Below, one piece after another: positions 27,729 through 39,825 of a DNA stretch of 64,000 nucleotides. Where the stretch lies: contig MU053994.1 in assembly GCA_013239625.1 (NCBI GenBank), forward strand, positions 3,167,589-3,231,588, written 5' to 3'. Source of the stretch: Lama guanicoe. Its lineage: Eukaryota. A model generated the notes under the pieces. That model saw only the letters and a list, made by a program, of their open reading frames with translations, was not told the DNA's origin and did not search any database. The position numbers and the translations under genes were made by a program. Numbering within the stretch: the first letter of the stretch is position 1; every line of letters begins with the position of its first letter.

Positions 27729-29027
27729 CTCTGAGGGTGCCCATCAGAGGCAGTTGAAATCTGAATCCCTGAACTCAGGAGGAATTTTGTCTTTTCCTTT
27801 CATTAGAGGCCCCATGCTGAGTCCCTGCTGGCTGCCTCCAAACCAGTGCAGCAGGAATTACAAAGAAACACTAGGGCTTCCCGTCCGCCCCGCCCCTGCG
27901 CCCCCCCACCCCCGGAAGCTTTTCTATAAAGCCACCTGCAAAGGCAAAGCGTTGCATCCTGGGCCACCTCTATATCACGCACTCACTTAGCATACCCCTC
28001 CTCCCTTTTCTTGCCCCTCTAATCAGCCACCAACTGCATCATGACAGAGAGTGCTAACTGCCCTGGTAGCCTCCGGGTGGCTGGGGGCCCCCTTCTTGAT
28101 CTTTGGATAACAGGTTCCAGTCTGAAATTTCTCCTTAGGGGCTCGCCAGTCAATTGCACTTCCTGTGACCACCCCTCCTCCCTTGCTTTTTTCCCCTGGG
28201 GCACAAAGCTTTGAGACAAGGCTGCTGGTTCCCCAGTTGTTCTCAGTGGTACTAGCTGACCTGATGGATGGGCCCTTGCTCTCCCCCACCCCCACCCCCT
28301 GCTCAGGAGGCTTCTGATTGCTCCTTTGCACTGGGAAGAAATGTCTGATTTCACGGGCAGAGGCCATCTTTCTCAGGGAGATGCTTGGCTCAAAGCCCAC
28401 TAGCCTGGAGAGGACTGAAGGCAAGGTCGACCCAATAAGCGCAGACCAGGGTTGTCGATGCAATCAGGCTGCTCTCACAACCACGTTTCTGTCTTTGGCC
28501 TGTTGCTGGGGGAGCGGAGGCTTCATGGGGCCAAGGTTTGGAATGAAGTCTGTGAGGACGCCCCCAACACAAGGGGAGTGCTGCCTACCGCTCCCATCTG
28601 GGCAGGGTGTGCCCATCCCTGGGGACAGGGACTTCATTTGGGGGGCTTCCTCCACCCACATCCCTACCCCATCTGCAGTATGGTTTCCTTCCTAGCAGAG
28701 GTTATGACAAGTTCAGCCATATTTTGGCTTTCCAGGCCCAAATGAAAGAAAACAAAAATTCCCCAGGGCACAGCAGCCTCAGAAGCTCAGCTTCACATCC
28801 CGAGACCTTGTTGTGGGATGGGACGTCTGGCCCCTCAGCTCTGGCACACCAAGGCCAGGGTAGCCGGGACGTGTGAGGTTGCCACGGATACCTGGGAGCC
28901 AGCTCCAGCAGAGCAGAGGGCCAGACCCTAAGGCCTGGCCTGGTGAATCTCCTGGGGCCAGAAGGATATGGGAATGTCCAAACTGCCACCGCCACCTTGA
29001 ACAGACCCCCTCCACTACTCTCCTAAA

Positions 29028-29190
29028 CCAGGGCTTTCCACTTTAGGGAGCCTAAGCACCTTGTTAAAATGCAGGTGCTGACTCAAGGGGTATGGGGAAG
29101 GGGGGGAGGTGCTGAGACTCCCCATTCCTAACCAGCTCCCAGATGCTGCTGCTGCTGCTGCCATTCGGGTGGGAGCCACACTCTGAGTTC
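29028..29190. mobile_element. MER5A-like MITE
   Basis: cttgttaaaatgcag...ctaaccagctcccagatgctgct...ccacactctgag. Confidence 0.6.
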
Positions 29191-29399
29191 TGATGGGTTT
29201 GAGAAATCTCAGCCAGGTCCTGAAAATGGCCCACTGGCCTTTTCTTTTAGGAGGTGGCAAGCAGAGCCTTGACCCCAAACCGGTTCTCTAGCCTTGTTGT
29301 AGTGAAAGGCCCTCCCCACAATCTGTTTTTGGACCATCCGCCATCAACCACTCCACAGAGAAAGGGACGAACACAGCAGCCTGCATTTTGGGAAAACAT

Positions 29400-29760
29400 T
29401 ATTTTAAGCTGTTCTGTCCCTTCCCCACCTCTGCAAATTATACGGCATGTCCTTGTTGAAAATGCTGATGATGCTGTTTGGGTGGCAGGAAGCCAATTTC
29501 TGGCTGGAAATTGCTTGGGGCTGGGGCTGGGGTCAGGGCAAGAGGCGGGGTTTGCAGAAGGTTTAAGGAGAGAAAGGGGCCAGGCAGATGGAGAAGCCAA
29601 GGCCTGCGGATAAAGCTGATTGGTGTGTCAGCAAAATCTGTCACTGGCTTTGGTGATTCGAAAGGCAGACACATTCTTTCGTCTCTGTTAATCCTCATCT
29701 GATACAGGATTTTCCTGCCATTAAATCTGGAGAAAGAAAAATAAGCACTCGAACCTGTAC
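29400..29760 (+). promoter_or_regulatory. Candidate NYX proximal promoter
   Basis: Non-repetitive sequence just 5' of exon 1 with a K50-homeodomain site TAATCC (29689-29694), inverted CCAAT (GATTGG ~29618-29623), GC-box-like GAGGCGGGG (~29542) and octamer-like CTGCAAAT (29431-29438). Confidence 0.45.
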
Positions 29761-29921
29761 TATTTCTCCTGGTCCCCTGCTCACCATCGCCCCCACCCCC
29801 ACTTTACTTGTCAGTCGGACCATTTTTAGCATCTGTGGCTGCCTGATTTGGGAGATGGATGGGCTCGGGGAGCCAAAGGGCACCTCGGAGGAGGAGCGGG
29901 ACCAGGCAGACCCCCAGGATG
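29760..29921 (+). other. NYX: Putative NYX non-coding exon 1 (5' boundary unknown, start coordinate is a placeholder)
   Basis: Strong donor ATG|GTAAGC at 29921/29922, 345 nt upstream of the exon-2 acceptor. NYX is known to have an upstream non-coding exon. The TSS cannot be determined from sequence. Confidence 0.6.
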
Positions 29922-30266
29922 GTAAGCGACATTTGGGGACTATTCGCTAATGCATCTCTGCAGAGGATTCCTCTTTGTCCATTTCCTTGCTGGGTTGTCA
30001 GGGAGTCCGTCTGAGTTGCTGTGAGGGTTTTAGCCTGATGAAGGGTTTCCAAGCAGATCCAGGCTGTCTGTTTGGGGGACTGTCTGATTGGCTGTTGTTA
30101 CTGATTTCTCTTAACCCAACACCAAGATGGTGGGGAGAAATGCATGTGGAGAAAGGGGAAAGGCAGGGCATTCAGGAGGAAGTGGAGGTGTAGGGACGGG
30201 TCTGAGTGACCTGGTTCTCAAGGGACCCCTCCTGGGCACCCGGTGACCTGTGCTCTCTCCCCTCAG

Positions 30267-30322
30267 GTAGGGATCCCACAGCTGGGTGGTTCTAAGCCAC
30301 CAGGTGCGTGAAAGGCTGCAGG
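30267..30322 (+). other. NYX: NYX exon 2 5'UTR
   Basis: Lies between the acceptor AG (30265-30266) and ATG 30323. Confidence 0.75.
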
Positions 30323-30347
30323 ATGCTGGTCCTGCTGCTGCTGCATG
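30323..30347 (+). CDS. NYX: NYX first coding exon (exon 2 coding part): MLVLLLLH plus first base of Ala codon, start of signal peptide
   Basis: ATG CTG GTC CTG CTG CTG CTG CAT G followed by GTGAGT donor at 30348. Upstream acceptor ctctctcccctcAG ends at 30266. The phase-1 junction joins CC at 45870 to give GCC (Ala), in frame with the 468-aa ORF. Matches the recalled nyctalopin N-terminus [16 protein letters not shown]. Confidence 0.93.
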
Positions 30348-32209
30348 GTGAGTTCTGAGGCCCCCTCCTTCCGTCCCCTATCAGAGAGCTGCCAGTGGGT
30401 GCAGGGGTTGGGAAGCTGGTAGAAGATGCTAGAAGATGTGTGGAAACCACAGGGCTTCTACCCAAGAAGCATGGGCTTCAGGTGGCTTCCATGAAAGCGT
30501 ACCTGGACACCAATTCTTTGATTAGGATTCACTGAGTGTGTGATAACGGGGGAGGGGATGGAGAATGAGAGAAAGCAGGTGATGGGGTTGTTTAAAAACA
30601 ACTCCTGAGCCAAATATATGGAATAACCTCTTGGTGGTTTTCGTACTCTAATTTCAGATATGAATTCATTGGTGTAATCACCAAAAACTACAGTGGTTTT
30701 TCTAATCACATTATTTTAAGCTCATATACTAAAGTTAAAAAGAATTTCTTAAAGAAATCATCTTCCTAAAGGAAGAAGATGACACGAAAAATATAATGTT
30801 GGACTTGTGTGATTATGATGTTTAGAAATTTTTTCCAAGCTTTTTTTTGTCCTATTGTTATATGGGTTTTAACAGAAGGAGAAGACATCACAAATTTTTT
30901 CCATACCTGTACAGCTCCAGCTGTTCCAACCTAACCGAGATAGCCCAAGGGGAAAAAAAAATCCCTTGTTAAGTTCTGCAGTAAGCAATTCTGCACAAAG
31001 AATCGGTTTTTCTGACCCACAGTTGAATGTAATTACTTGAGGTTCTAACTACCCATAACTCTCTCTGCAGTGCTGGTAGAGAAAATGTTACCAGATAATT
31101 CTAAAAATGGTAGTAGTCTTCAACGAAACATAAAAATAAATAGTGACTAAAAATGGTAGTAATAGAATTTTATTCTTTATTCTATCTGTTCAAAAAGTAG
31201 AACTTGCTCTACTCACTAAATCAACAGGTACACACTGTACCTGTAATACACTCGGGGATCTCACGAGAGAGATAATTGCGTATCTTTTGTCCTTGAGAAA
31301 CTTACATTCTTTAATGGCAGACTCAATAAGTAAATGAGAAAAAAAAAATTGGAACAAGGTGCAGGGAACAGTTTGATAAATAGGACATGACTTCCTAGCT
31401 GGGGGAGCCTCCAAAGGACAGAGGGTGACATTTATATAATTACAAACAGCCACCTCCTTGCTGTTTCTCCTACCTAGAAAGAATATGAAATTCGATTGAG
31501 TCATCGGGACAGAATGTTTGCTTCTAAGAGCTAATATTATTTTAAATATGTACCCAAAGCTCTCTCGTTCCTCACAGAATGCAGACAGTATTCCTAGCCT
31601 GCGTGCTGCAAAACAGGAACTGTCCCTGCTGCAGAAACCCGAAATACATCCAGACTTCTTGTGACAAGCTGGAGAGCTGAGCGGTGACATCATTTGCTAA
31701 CAATAGATGCACTTAAAATTAATGACTGTCTCCACATCCCCTGGCGCTTTCATTTAAACGCACTGGGTGATGTTACTCTGACTACAAGTCACAAGGATTC
31801 TGGACGACATGTTCCCGAGAAGCAGGCAGGGACAGGACTCTCCCTCTCCAGCTAGAGAAAAATGACTAAATCCGCCTGACAAAACAAGGTCGTGGTGGAA
31901 TCAGAAGTGGCTCATAGCTGGGTCAGGCAGAGGCAAAACGGAAACAGAAATTATCTTGACACGAGGGGCTCCTGGAAGGGCCTCTCCTCTCCCCTGACCC
32001 CCAGGACGACCCCATCGGGGTCTTCCAGCTGTCCACAGCACAATATCCCACTTTTTCATCTTGCTTTACAGGGTTCTTCGCCACCAGCTTGCTCTAAACC
32101 GTGAGTCTTTCAAAAGGGCCAGGGTTTGTGTTTTATTCACCTCGCTGTCTCTAGAGTCTTAGAGCAAGATTTGCTTGTTAAATGGGGGAAGCTGTCCAGA
32201 TGAGAGCCA

Positions 32210-33100
32210 TTACAATATCTGATAAAGGTCTTGCATTAAAAAAATGTATTTTAAACCCTTCAAACCCAATAATAAGACAGCCCAATTTTTGAAAATTGGC
32301 AACAATTTTTGAATAGCTGTTTCATCAAGGAAGATATACAAAATGCTAATAAAGCATATGAGACGATGCTCAATATCAGTAGTCATTAGGGAAAGGCAAG
32401 TCCAAACCACAATGAGAGGCCACTTCCCACCCACTAGGACAGCTAGAATCAAAGACAGTAGCAAGTGGTGGTGAGGATGTGGAGCAACTGGGAGCATATC
32501 CACGGCTGTTGGGAATGCAAAATGGTGTGGCCACTGTGGAGAACGGTTTGGTGGTTTCTTCTGTAGTTAACATATCCTTACCATATGAGCCAGCCATCCC
32601 ACGCCTCGATAAATGAGAAATGAAAACACAGGTCCACAAAAAGACTTGCACCCAATTCCTTACATCAGCTTTAGTCACAATAGGTGAAAACTGGAAACAA
32701 TCCAAATGTCCAGCAGCAGGTGACTGAATACACAAATGATGGTACATCCGTGCAATGGAACGCGGCTCAGCAGTAGCAGGGAATCCCCAGCTGATACTCA
32801 GAATGACATCGATGAATCTCACAAACATAATGTTGACTGAAAGAACCATTTGATTTCATTTACATGAAGTTCTAGAACAGACAAGACTAATCTATAGTTC
32901 AGAAAGAGGAGGATAGGGAGGGGGCTGCTGTCAAGGGGCCTGAGGAAACTCTCTAGGTAGTAGGAACATTCTCAGTTGTGACTGGGGTGGTGGTTACACG
33001 GGTGTATACGTTTGTTATACTTGCTGAACTACATACACTTAAAATGGATACATATTATTGTGAGTAAATGATACCTGAATCGACCTGACTTCAAAGAAAA
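32210..33100 (+). mobile_element. Old L1 (L1MB/ME-like) 3' region
   Basis: Typical ORF2-end and 3'UTR motifs (aaaactggaaacaatccaaatgtcc...). Confidence 0.8.
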
Positions 33101-33242
33101 AAGGAAGGCTGTAAGGAGAGAGCAGCTGCCCTCAAGGAGAACAAATCCCTCGTTATGGAGGGTCAGGTGCTGTTGGAGAGCTGGGCTGAATGTGTGTGAG
33201 ATTCATCCATGTCATCACATAGATAAGTAGCTCGTTCCTTTT

Positions 33243-33503
33243 TTTAAAATAATTTATTCCATTTATTTATTTCTTAAATAAGCAGTTTTCCTGTATTTTT
33301 GTTATTTTGGTCATAGTTTCCATAAGTTAGCTTTATTTTTAATTGCATTTTTTTTAGTAACTTGATAATCAGCTTTATTTTGGGGGGGAGGTAACTAGGT
33401 TTATTTATTTATTTGTTTATTTTTTGATGGAAGTACTGGGGATTGAACCCAGGACCTCGTGCATGCTGAGTGTTTGCTCTACCACTGAGCCATACCCTTC
33501 CCC
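33243..33503 (-). mobile_element. tRNA-derived SINE with ~130-nt 3' extension
   Basis: Perfect 16-bp TSD gtagctcgttcctttt at 33227-33242 and 33504-33519. Confidence 0.9.
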
Positions 33504-34379
33504 GTAGCTCGTTCCTTTTGATGGCTGAGTAGTTTTCCCTCATCTGGGTGTATTGGTTTCTTTATCCATTCCCCAATTGTTGAGCATTTCAGTGGTTTCT
33601 AGTTTATGGCAATTATATTTAGGCCTGGAGGCCTTTCTGGGGCCTTGTACCCTCCTCCTCAGATGGGACAGCTCTCCACCTCGAGATCCACAGGGCATGC
33701 GAGGCCATCAGCAGACCACCCGTCCGCACAGGAACTGGTTTCTCCATCCCCATGACTCACACTGTCCAGCAAAGCTGCAGCATGAATCCATGATCCTTTC
33801 TTTCCTGTCACAAAAGGTACCATCGTGATGTGAGAAGCAAGTTCGGGGGTCACTGTGAGGTCGGAGGGGATGGGGTGGTCTCCCCTACTACATTTCTGTT
33901 TCCCTCAGCCCATTTGGTCCTGAAAATCCAGCACTGGGGGTTGTTCTGAGGATGCAGTTGGGATAGCATTTGCCGGGAGTGGGAGGGAAATGGCTTCTAG
34001 AGCCAAAGTGGCTGAAGAGATTTTGCTGAAACCAGAAAATTGACCATATTTTCCCTTGCTATTTTGGTTTCATGAGGCACAAGTTCTTTGAAAACAATGA
34101 GAATGAAGAAATGCTTCAAAATCAGTCTGTGGTTGGAAATTCCATGAGTAACTGTTTTCCTAGCAAACCTCAAGGGGGAAAAGCACATATTCAAAAGCCA
34201 GGACCGACGAAGGAGAAATCCCTCAGCTGGTCTGCATTAAGACATCATTCTGCGGGCGTCTGAGCCTGGACCGTCGCCGCCTCCCTGTAGCTCGGGGGGC
34301 CGGCCTGTACCCTGGACCAGGACACAAAGGCAGGGACCCATTTCTGGTATTTGCCTCAATTCAGGGACATCTTGTAACT

Positions 34380-34945
34380 TTTTTTTTGTTTGAAGGAAAA
34401 GTCACATAACAAAAGATTAACCATTAACCATTTTAAAGTGTACAATTCGGCAGCATTTAGGACATTCACAGTGTTATGCAACCAACCCTCTATCCAGTTC
34501 CAAGACATTTCCATCACCCTGAAAGGAAACTTTGTGCCTTAATAGCAATCACTCCCCACTCTCTCCCCCCCTCAGCCTCTGACAACCACTAATCTACTTT
34601 CTGTCTCTATGGATTTTCCTGTTCTGGACATTTCACATAAATGGAATCCTATGACATGTGGCCTTGTGTGTCTGCCTGTTGTCACCTAGTATAGTGTTTT
34701 AGAGGGTCATCCACCTGGCAGCAGGTGTCAGCACTTCATTCCTTTTTCTGGTAGATTAATATTCCACTGGGTGGCTATACTTTGCTTTTGTTTATCTGTT
34801 TATCTGTTGAGGAACATTTGCTGTTTCGGTCTTTGGGCTGTTGTGACTAGCGCTGTATGGATGTCCACGTGCAAGTATTTGCTACAACACCTGTTCTCAC
34901 CTAGGAGTGGAATTGCTGGGGCATATGGTAACTTTATGTTACACT
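34380..34945 (-). mobile_element. L1MB-like 3' fragment
   Basis: ttaaccattttaaagtgtacaattc...ccactaatctactttctgtctctatggat motifs. Confidence 0.75.
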
Positions 34946-35004
34946 TTGTAACATTCTATACCACATGGATGAATCCCATCTTTATAAAGTTGGTCCCTTA
35001 GAAC

Positions 35005-35165
35005 CTTGGTTTTTGACTTGGGCTGAACTCCTTGTGAGATTTAACAGTACCGATGCCTGGTTCCACCCCCCTGAAGATTCTGACGTAACTGGCCTGATGA
35101 ATTGTGAGTTGGTTAAAAGCTCCTTAGGTGATTCTAATGCACAGCCCGGGGAGAGAATCATTCTA
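35005..35165. mobile_element. MER5-like MITE
   Basis: gattctga...aaaagctccttaggtgattctaatgcacagcc. Confidence 0.65.
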
Positions 35166-36425
35166 GATTCTTCCTTGCAGTCTACTTGTAGTAATAACTT
35201 CAACATTCTGACACTCGGTATCTTGCTTTCCACTCTGGGGCAGATTGTCACATGATCCTTGAAATACTGGTCCCTCATTGAGATTTAATCTTGTGACAGC
35301 AGTGGCTCATGGAACCTCCTGTTAGCTTGGCCCAGTTCTTTCACGGCTCTTTCAAGCATTACAAGTCGTCTGTTCCTCATAATTGTCCACTTGTTACAGA
35401 TAAGGAAAGTGAGAAACAAAACAAAAAACAAAAAAAGCAACGTGAGAGAGCAGGAATGAAAAGGCAGTGTCATCAGAGTTTATGAGAGATCAGAGTGAGA
35501 GGCCGTGCCCTCAGGATGAGTGTTTCCAGACTGAAGGCTCTGGAAAGCCCCATATGTGAATCTGGGAGCTGTGACAGAGGCAGGCTGAACCGAGGCCAGT
35601 CCTGCTGAATTTCTCATCTTCCCCTCCCTACCTCAGACTGGGAATAAAAGCACTGAAACCTTTTCAGATTTCCACATGGATCCTTCCCAGAAATACTAAC
35701 GTGAGAAAAGAAATTGCTAAGCAACTGCCAATGAGTTTGACCTTCTCTTCTCACAAACTGTCATCTTTGTTTTAATTTGGTAAATGTTTTCTTGGCCAAG
35801 ACATTCCCATGGAACTCAGCTCTGGAAAGCCAAGGAGATTTGTTTTTGGAATGATCACTTCTGATTCCAGGAGAGGCCACTTTTCATTTGGATTTGGAAA
35901 AATCAAGGATGGTGGCCTAAACCCTTTGTGATTCCATTTTCTGTGTTTCCTGGCAATGAATGACAAGGAGCTTCGTTTTGGTTGAGGAACACTGCCTCCT
36001 CTTGAATTTGAGTCGTTTTCTCTTTCACGGTGAAAGAATCCACGAGGTTCTTGGGGAAAGGGGGCGGGGCCAGAAGGAGGAGATGGTACTGGAGGGATTA
36101 AGGGAACCTGCCTTACTCAGGATGCTGCTCAGGAATCTCATTGCAAACCATAGAACCCCCTCCAGGTCATTCAAGACTAGAAGGAGTTTATTCAGGGATG
36201 CTAAGGTGTTCTCAAGCTTTCTGGCTGGAGGTCCACCACATGGGGCAATGCCTAAATAGTGGAACAGTTTCAGCAAAGACCCCGCGATCATCACCCCTGG
36301 TGGACACACCTGGCAGTTCACCAGCATCGTGCTGGGTTCCAGAAATTCCACCATGGGAGCCTGGAAGCCAGATGCTCTCTGCCACCATCCTGGTCAGAAA
36401 ATGGTTTCTGCCTGGAGCCTACTTT

Positions 36426-36518
36426 CTTGTTTGGGTTATTTTGGTGTGTGGAGGATTAGGTTTGTTTGTTTGTTTAATGGAGGTACTGGGGATTGATTGC
36501 TAAGCATGCACTCTACCA
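36426..36518 (-). mobile_element. 5'-truncated, internally deleted tRNA-derived SINE
   Basis: TSD ggagcctacttt at 36414-36425 and 36519-36530. Confidence 0.85.
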
Positions 36519-38740
36519 GGAGCCTACTTTTGAAGCCAAGCCTGGCTGGATGTGTCTGAAGGACAAAGCTAGGTTATGTGCCTAGGCCCCAACGGCAAGG
36601 GAAGTTGGGAAAAGAACAATGTCTGGTTTCTATCTTGAGGAGGCAGGACTTATAATGTAGGAAATTCCCTAAATGTAGAAAGAGTGTTTAAAAGGTGCTG
36701 GGTAGCTAGAAAAGGTATCAAATGTCCACTACAATCAGAGGTGGTTTGGTTGCAAGAAACAGAAATCCACTTGGCCGTGGCAGATGGTGTGAGTGGGTTT
36801 CTGAAATGGAAACAGGGAAATGTCACAGAAATAGCTATACCATGGTCTTGTGGGAACCCAGGGGCTGGCCAGCAGCTTCCCACTCTCCCTGAGCTCCAGT
36901 TCTGTGATTCTCACGGCAGATCTAGTCCTCTCTCTGCACCAGTTGCCTCACCTCGCCCTCAGCTCCTGCTCCCCCAGAACTGTGACCTGCACATGGCTTT
37001 GGTACAAACCCAAGCCCCGATGCTATACAGGTTGGTGTTCACACGATCTCAGCTGCTGTTCCATGTTCACAGGGAAAGAATGAATCTGATTGGGTCTGCT
37101 TAGGTCAAATGTTCACCCGTGGTCCAAGCAGCTGTGGCTGGGAGGAGGTTGCAGAGACACATGGGGCTCTGAGTCGGGTATTTTTTCTTCCAGGCAGTGC
37201 TTGGCAACAGCTGCTGTCCAACCGTGGAAAATGAGAGCCAGATTGGCCCTCAAAGGTCAGGAGGTGCAGGCTCTTCAGTTTACAGTTAAAGAAATGGAAG
37301 CTTAGAAAGGCTAAGTGTGTGGGGTGGGGGATAGTACAGTACAGTGGAAAGATAGAAATCAAAGATCGGTCTTGTTTAACCACTCCCAACCTCAGTTTCC
37401 TCTTTTGTGAGGAGAAGAGAATAGTACCTTGCAGGGTTGTCATATAAAATGAAATAATATATGTAGGAAGATTAGCCCTGAGCAAAAGCTTATTAAAAGT
37501 TGGTGTTACAAGAGCAAAAGAAACCCATAAACTATGATTAATTTGACTAGCATTAGACATGCTTGTATCACCTGGATAACATATGGTACCACACTTCCCA
37601 GGCTGTCCTGGGCATCTTTGCTGTCTTTTGGGTGGGGTCCATCTGCAGGCCTTGCTCTGTTGAGCTCCCAGAGCCCCTCCCAGTAGCTCTGTTTTAGGAC
37701 TGCATGTACATGTAATCATATAGGACATACTCTTTCCTGTCAAGTCTCTTTTGCTCAACATAATTTTTTTGCTGTGTCAGTAGTTTGTTCCTTTTCATTT
37801 CTGAGTGGTATTCTGCTGTATGAATATCTTGTAATTTATTTCTCTACTGTTGGGTAATTTCCTGTTTTTGTCTATTATGAATAAGCCACTATGAACATTC
37901 TTGTCTAGTCTTTATGTGGACATTTTTTTCCCCTTTCATTTCTCTTGGGTAAATACGTAGGAATGGAATTGCTGAGTCATAGTCGTATGTTATCTTTAAT
38001 GGATACTGTGAAAGTTTTCCAAAGTTATTGCACTATTTTCCACTCCCATCAACAATGTCCAGTTGTGCTACAGCCTCACCAGTATTTAGGGTTGTCAGCC
38101 GTTCTGGTGTGTGCGTAGGGAACTTCCATTTGTAGCTTTAATTTGCACTTCCCTAATGGCTAATTATGTAGAGTACCTTTTCATGTGCTTAATGGCTACT
38201 TAATATATTCTTTTTGTAAAGTGTTCACATCTTTTACCCATTTTTATTTAGCTGTTTATCTTTTCATTATTCTTCATTCATAGGAATATGAAAGTATATT
38301 CTGTATACAAATCATACGCACACACATACTAATGGTACCTTTTTCTTGAACAGCTTTATTGAGGTATAATTGACATGTAACAAATTAAGTGTATTTAAAG
38401 TGTACCCTTGTGAAACCTTGTCAAACTAATTGAGATAATGAACATATCCCATATCCATCACCCCTAAGATTCATGCCCCTTTCTAGTCCCTCCCTTCTGC
38501 CTTTCCTTGCCTCCCTACCCATCCCCAGGTAACCACGGGTCTTCCTGTTACTGTAGACGAATCTGTAGTTTCCAGAATGTTTTGTAAGTGGAATCATATA
38601 GTATGTACTCTTTTTTGTCTAGGTTCTTTTACTCGGCAGAATTATCTTAAGATTCATATATGTTGCATTTATCAATAGTCCATATCACTGAGTAGTATTC
38701 CATTGTATGTGTATATCATAATTTGTTTATCCATTCAACT

Positions 38741-39193
38741 TTTTTTAAAAAATTATAGTTGATTTACAATGTTGTGTTAGTTCCTGATGTACAGTATACT
38801 GATCATTCACACACAGACACATACATATATAAAATACATATTCTTTTTCATTATAGGTTATTATAAGCTATTGAATATAGTTCCCTGTGCTATACAGGGA
38901 ACTTGTTGTTTATCTATTTTATATATAGTAGTTTGTATCTGCTAATACCAAACTCCTAATTTATCCCTTCCCACCCCTCTCCCCTTTGGTAGCCATAAGT
39001 TTGTTTTCTATGTTTGTGAATCTGTTTCTGTTTTGTAAATAAATTCATTTGTCTCATTTTTTTAGCTTCCACATGTAAATGATATCTGATATTTGTCTTT
39101 CTTTGACTTACTTCACTTTGTGTGATAATCTCTAGGTCTATCCATGTTGCTACAAGTGGCATTATTTCATTCATTTTTTATGGCTGAATAGTA

Positions 39194-39241
<48 letters not shown>

Positions 39242-39825
39242 CACAACTTCTTTATGCAGTCATCTGTCAGTGGACATTTAGGTTGCTTCCATGTCTTGGC
39301 TATTTTAAATAGTGCTGCTATAGAACACTGGGGTGCATGTAACTTTTTGAATTAGAATTTTCTCCAGATATATACCCAGAAGTAGGATTGCTGGATCAAA
39401 TGGTAACTCTATTTTTAGTTTTTAAAGGAACCTCCATACTGTTTTCCATAGTGGCTGCACCAAATTACATTCCCACTAGCAATATAGGAGGGTTCCCTTT
39501 TCTCCACACTCTCTCCAACATTTATCATTTGTGGACTTTTTAATGATGGCCATTCTGATTGGTGTGAGGTGATACCTCATTGTAGTTCTGATTTGTATTT
39601 GTCTGATAATTAGTGATACTGAACATCTTTTCATGTGCCTGTTGGCCATCTGTATGTCTTCATTGGAGAAATGTCTTTTTAGGTCTTCTGCCCATTTTTT
39701 GACTGGGTTGTCTGTCTGTTTGTTTTGTTTTTGAGTTATATGAACTGTTTGTATATTTTGGAAGTTAAGCCCTAGTCAGTTGTCAGTCACATCATTTGCA
39801 AATATTTTCTTCCAGTCCATAGGCT
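38741..39825 (-). mobile_element. 5'-truncated L1 nested in older L1 sequence
   Basis: ORF2 C-terminal remnants (NEIMPLVATWIDLEIITQSEVSQ), 3'UTR, degenerate TSD. Confidence 0.9.
39198..39239. repeat. (GT)n microsatellite
   Basis: Direct observation. Confidence 0.95.

Noticed and set aside
27420..27757. HT- and CV-repeat ORFs
   Set aside because: These are translations of (GT)n microsatellites.
37105..37761. 218-aa minus-strand ORF in NYX intron 2
   Set aside because: It runs through MIR and other repeat remnants and shows no protein features.
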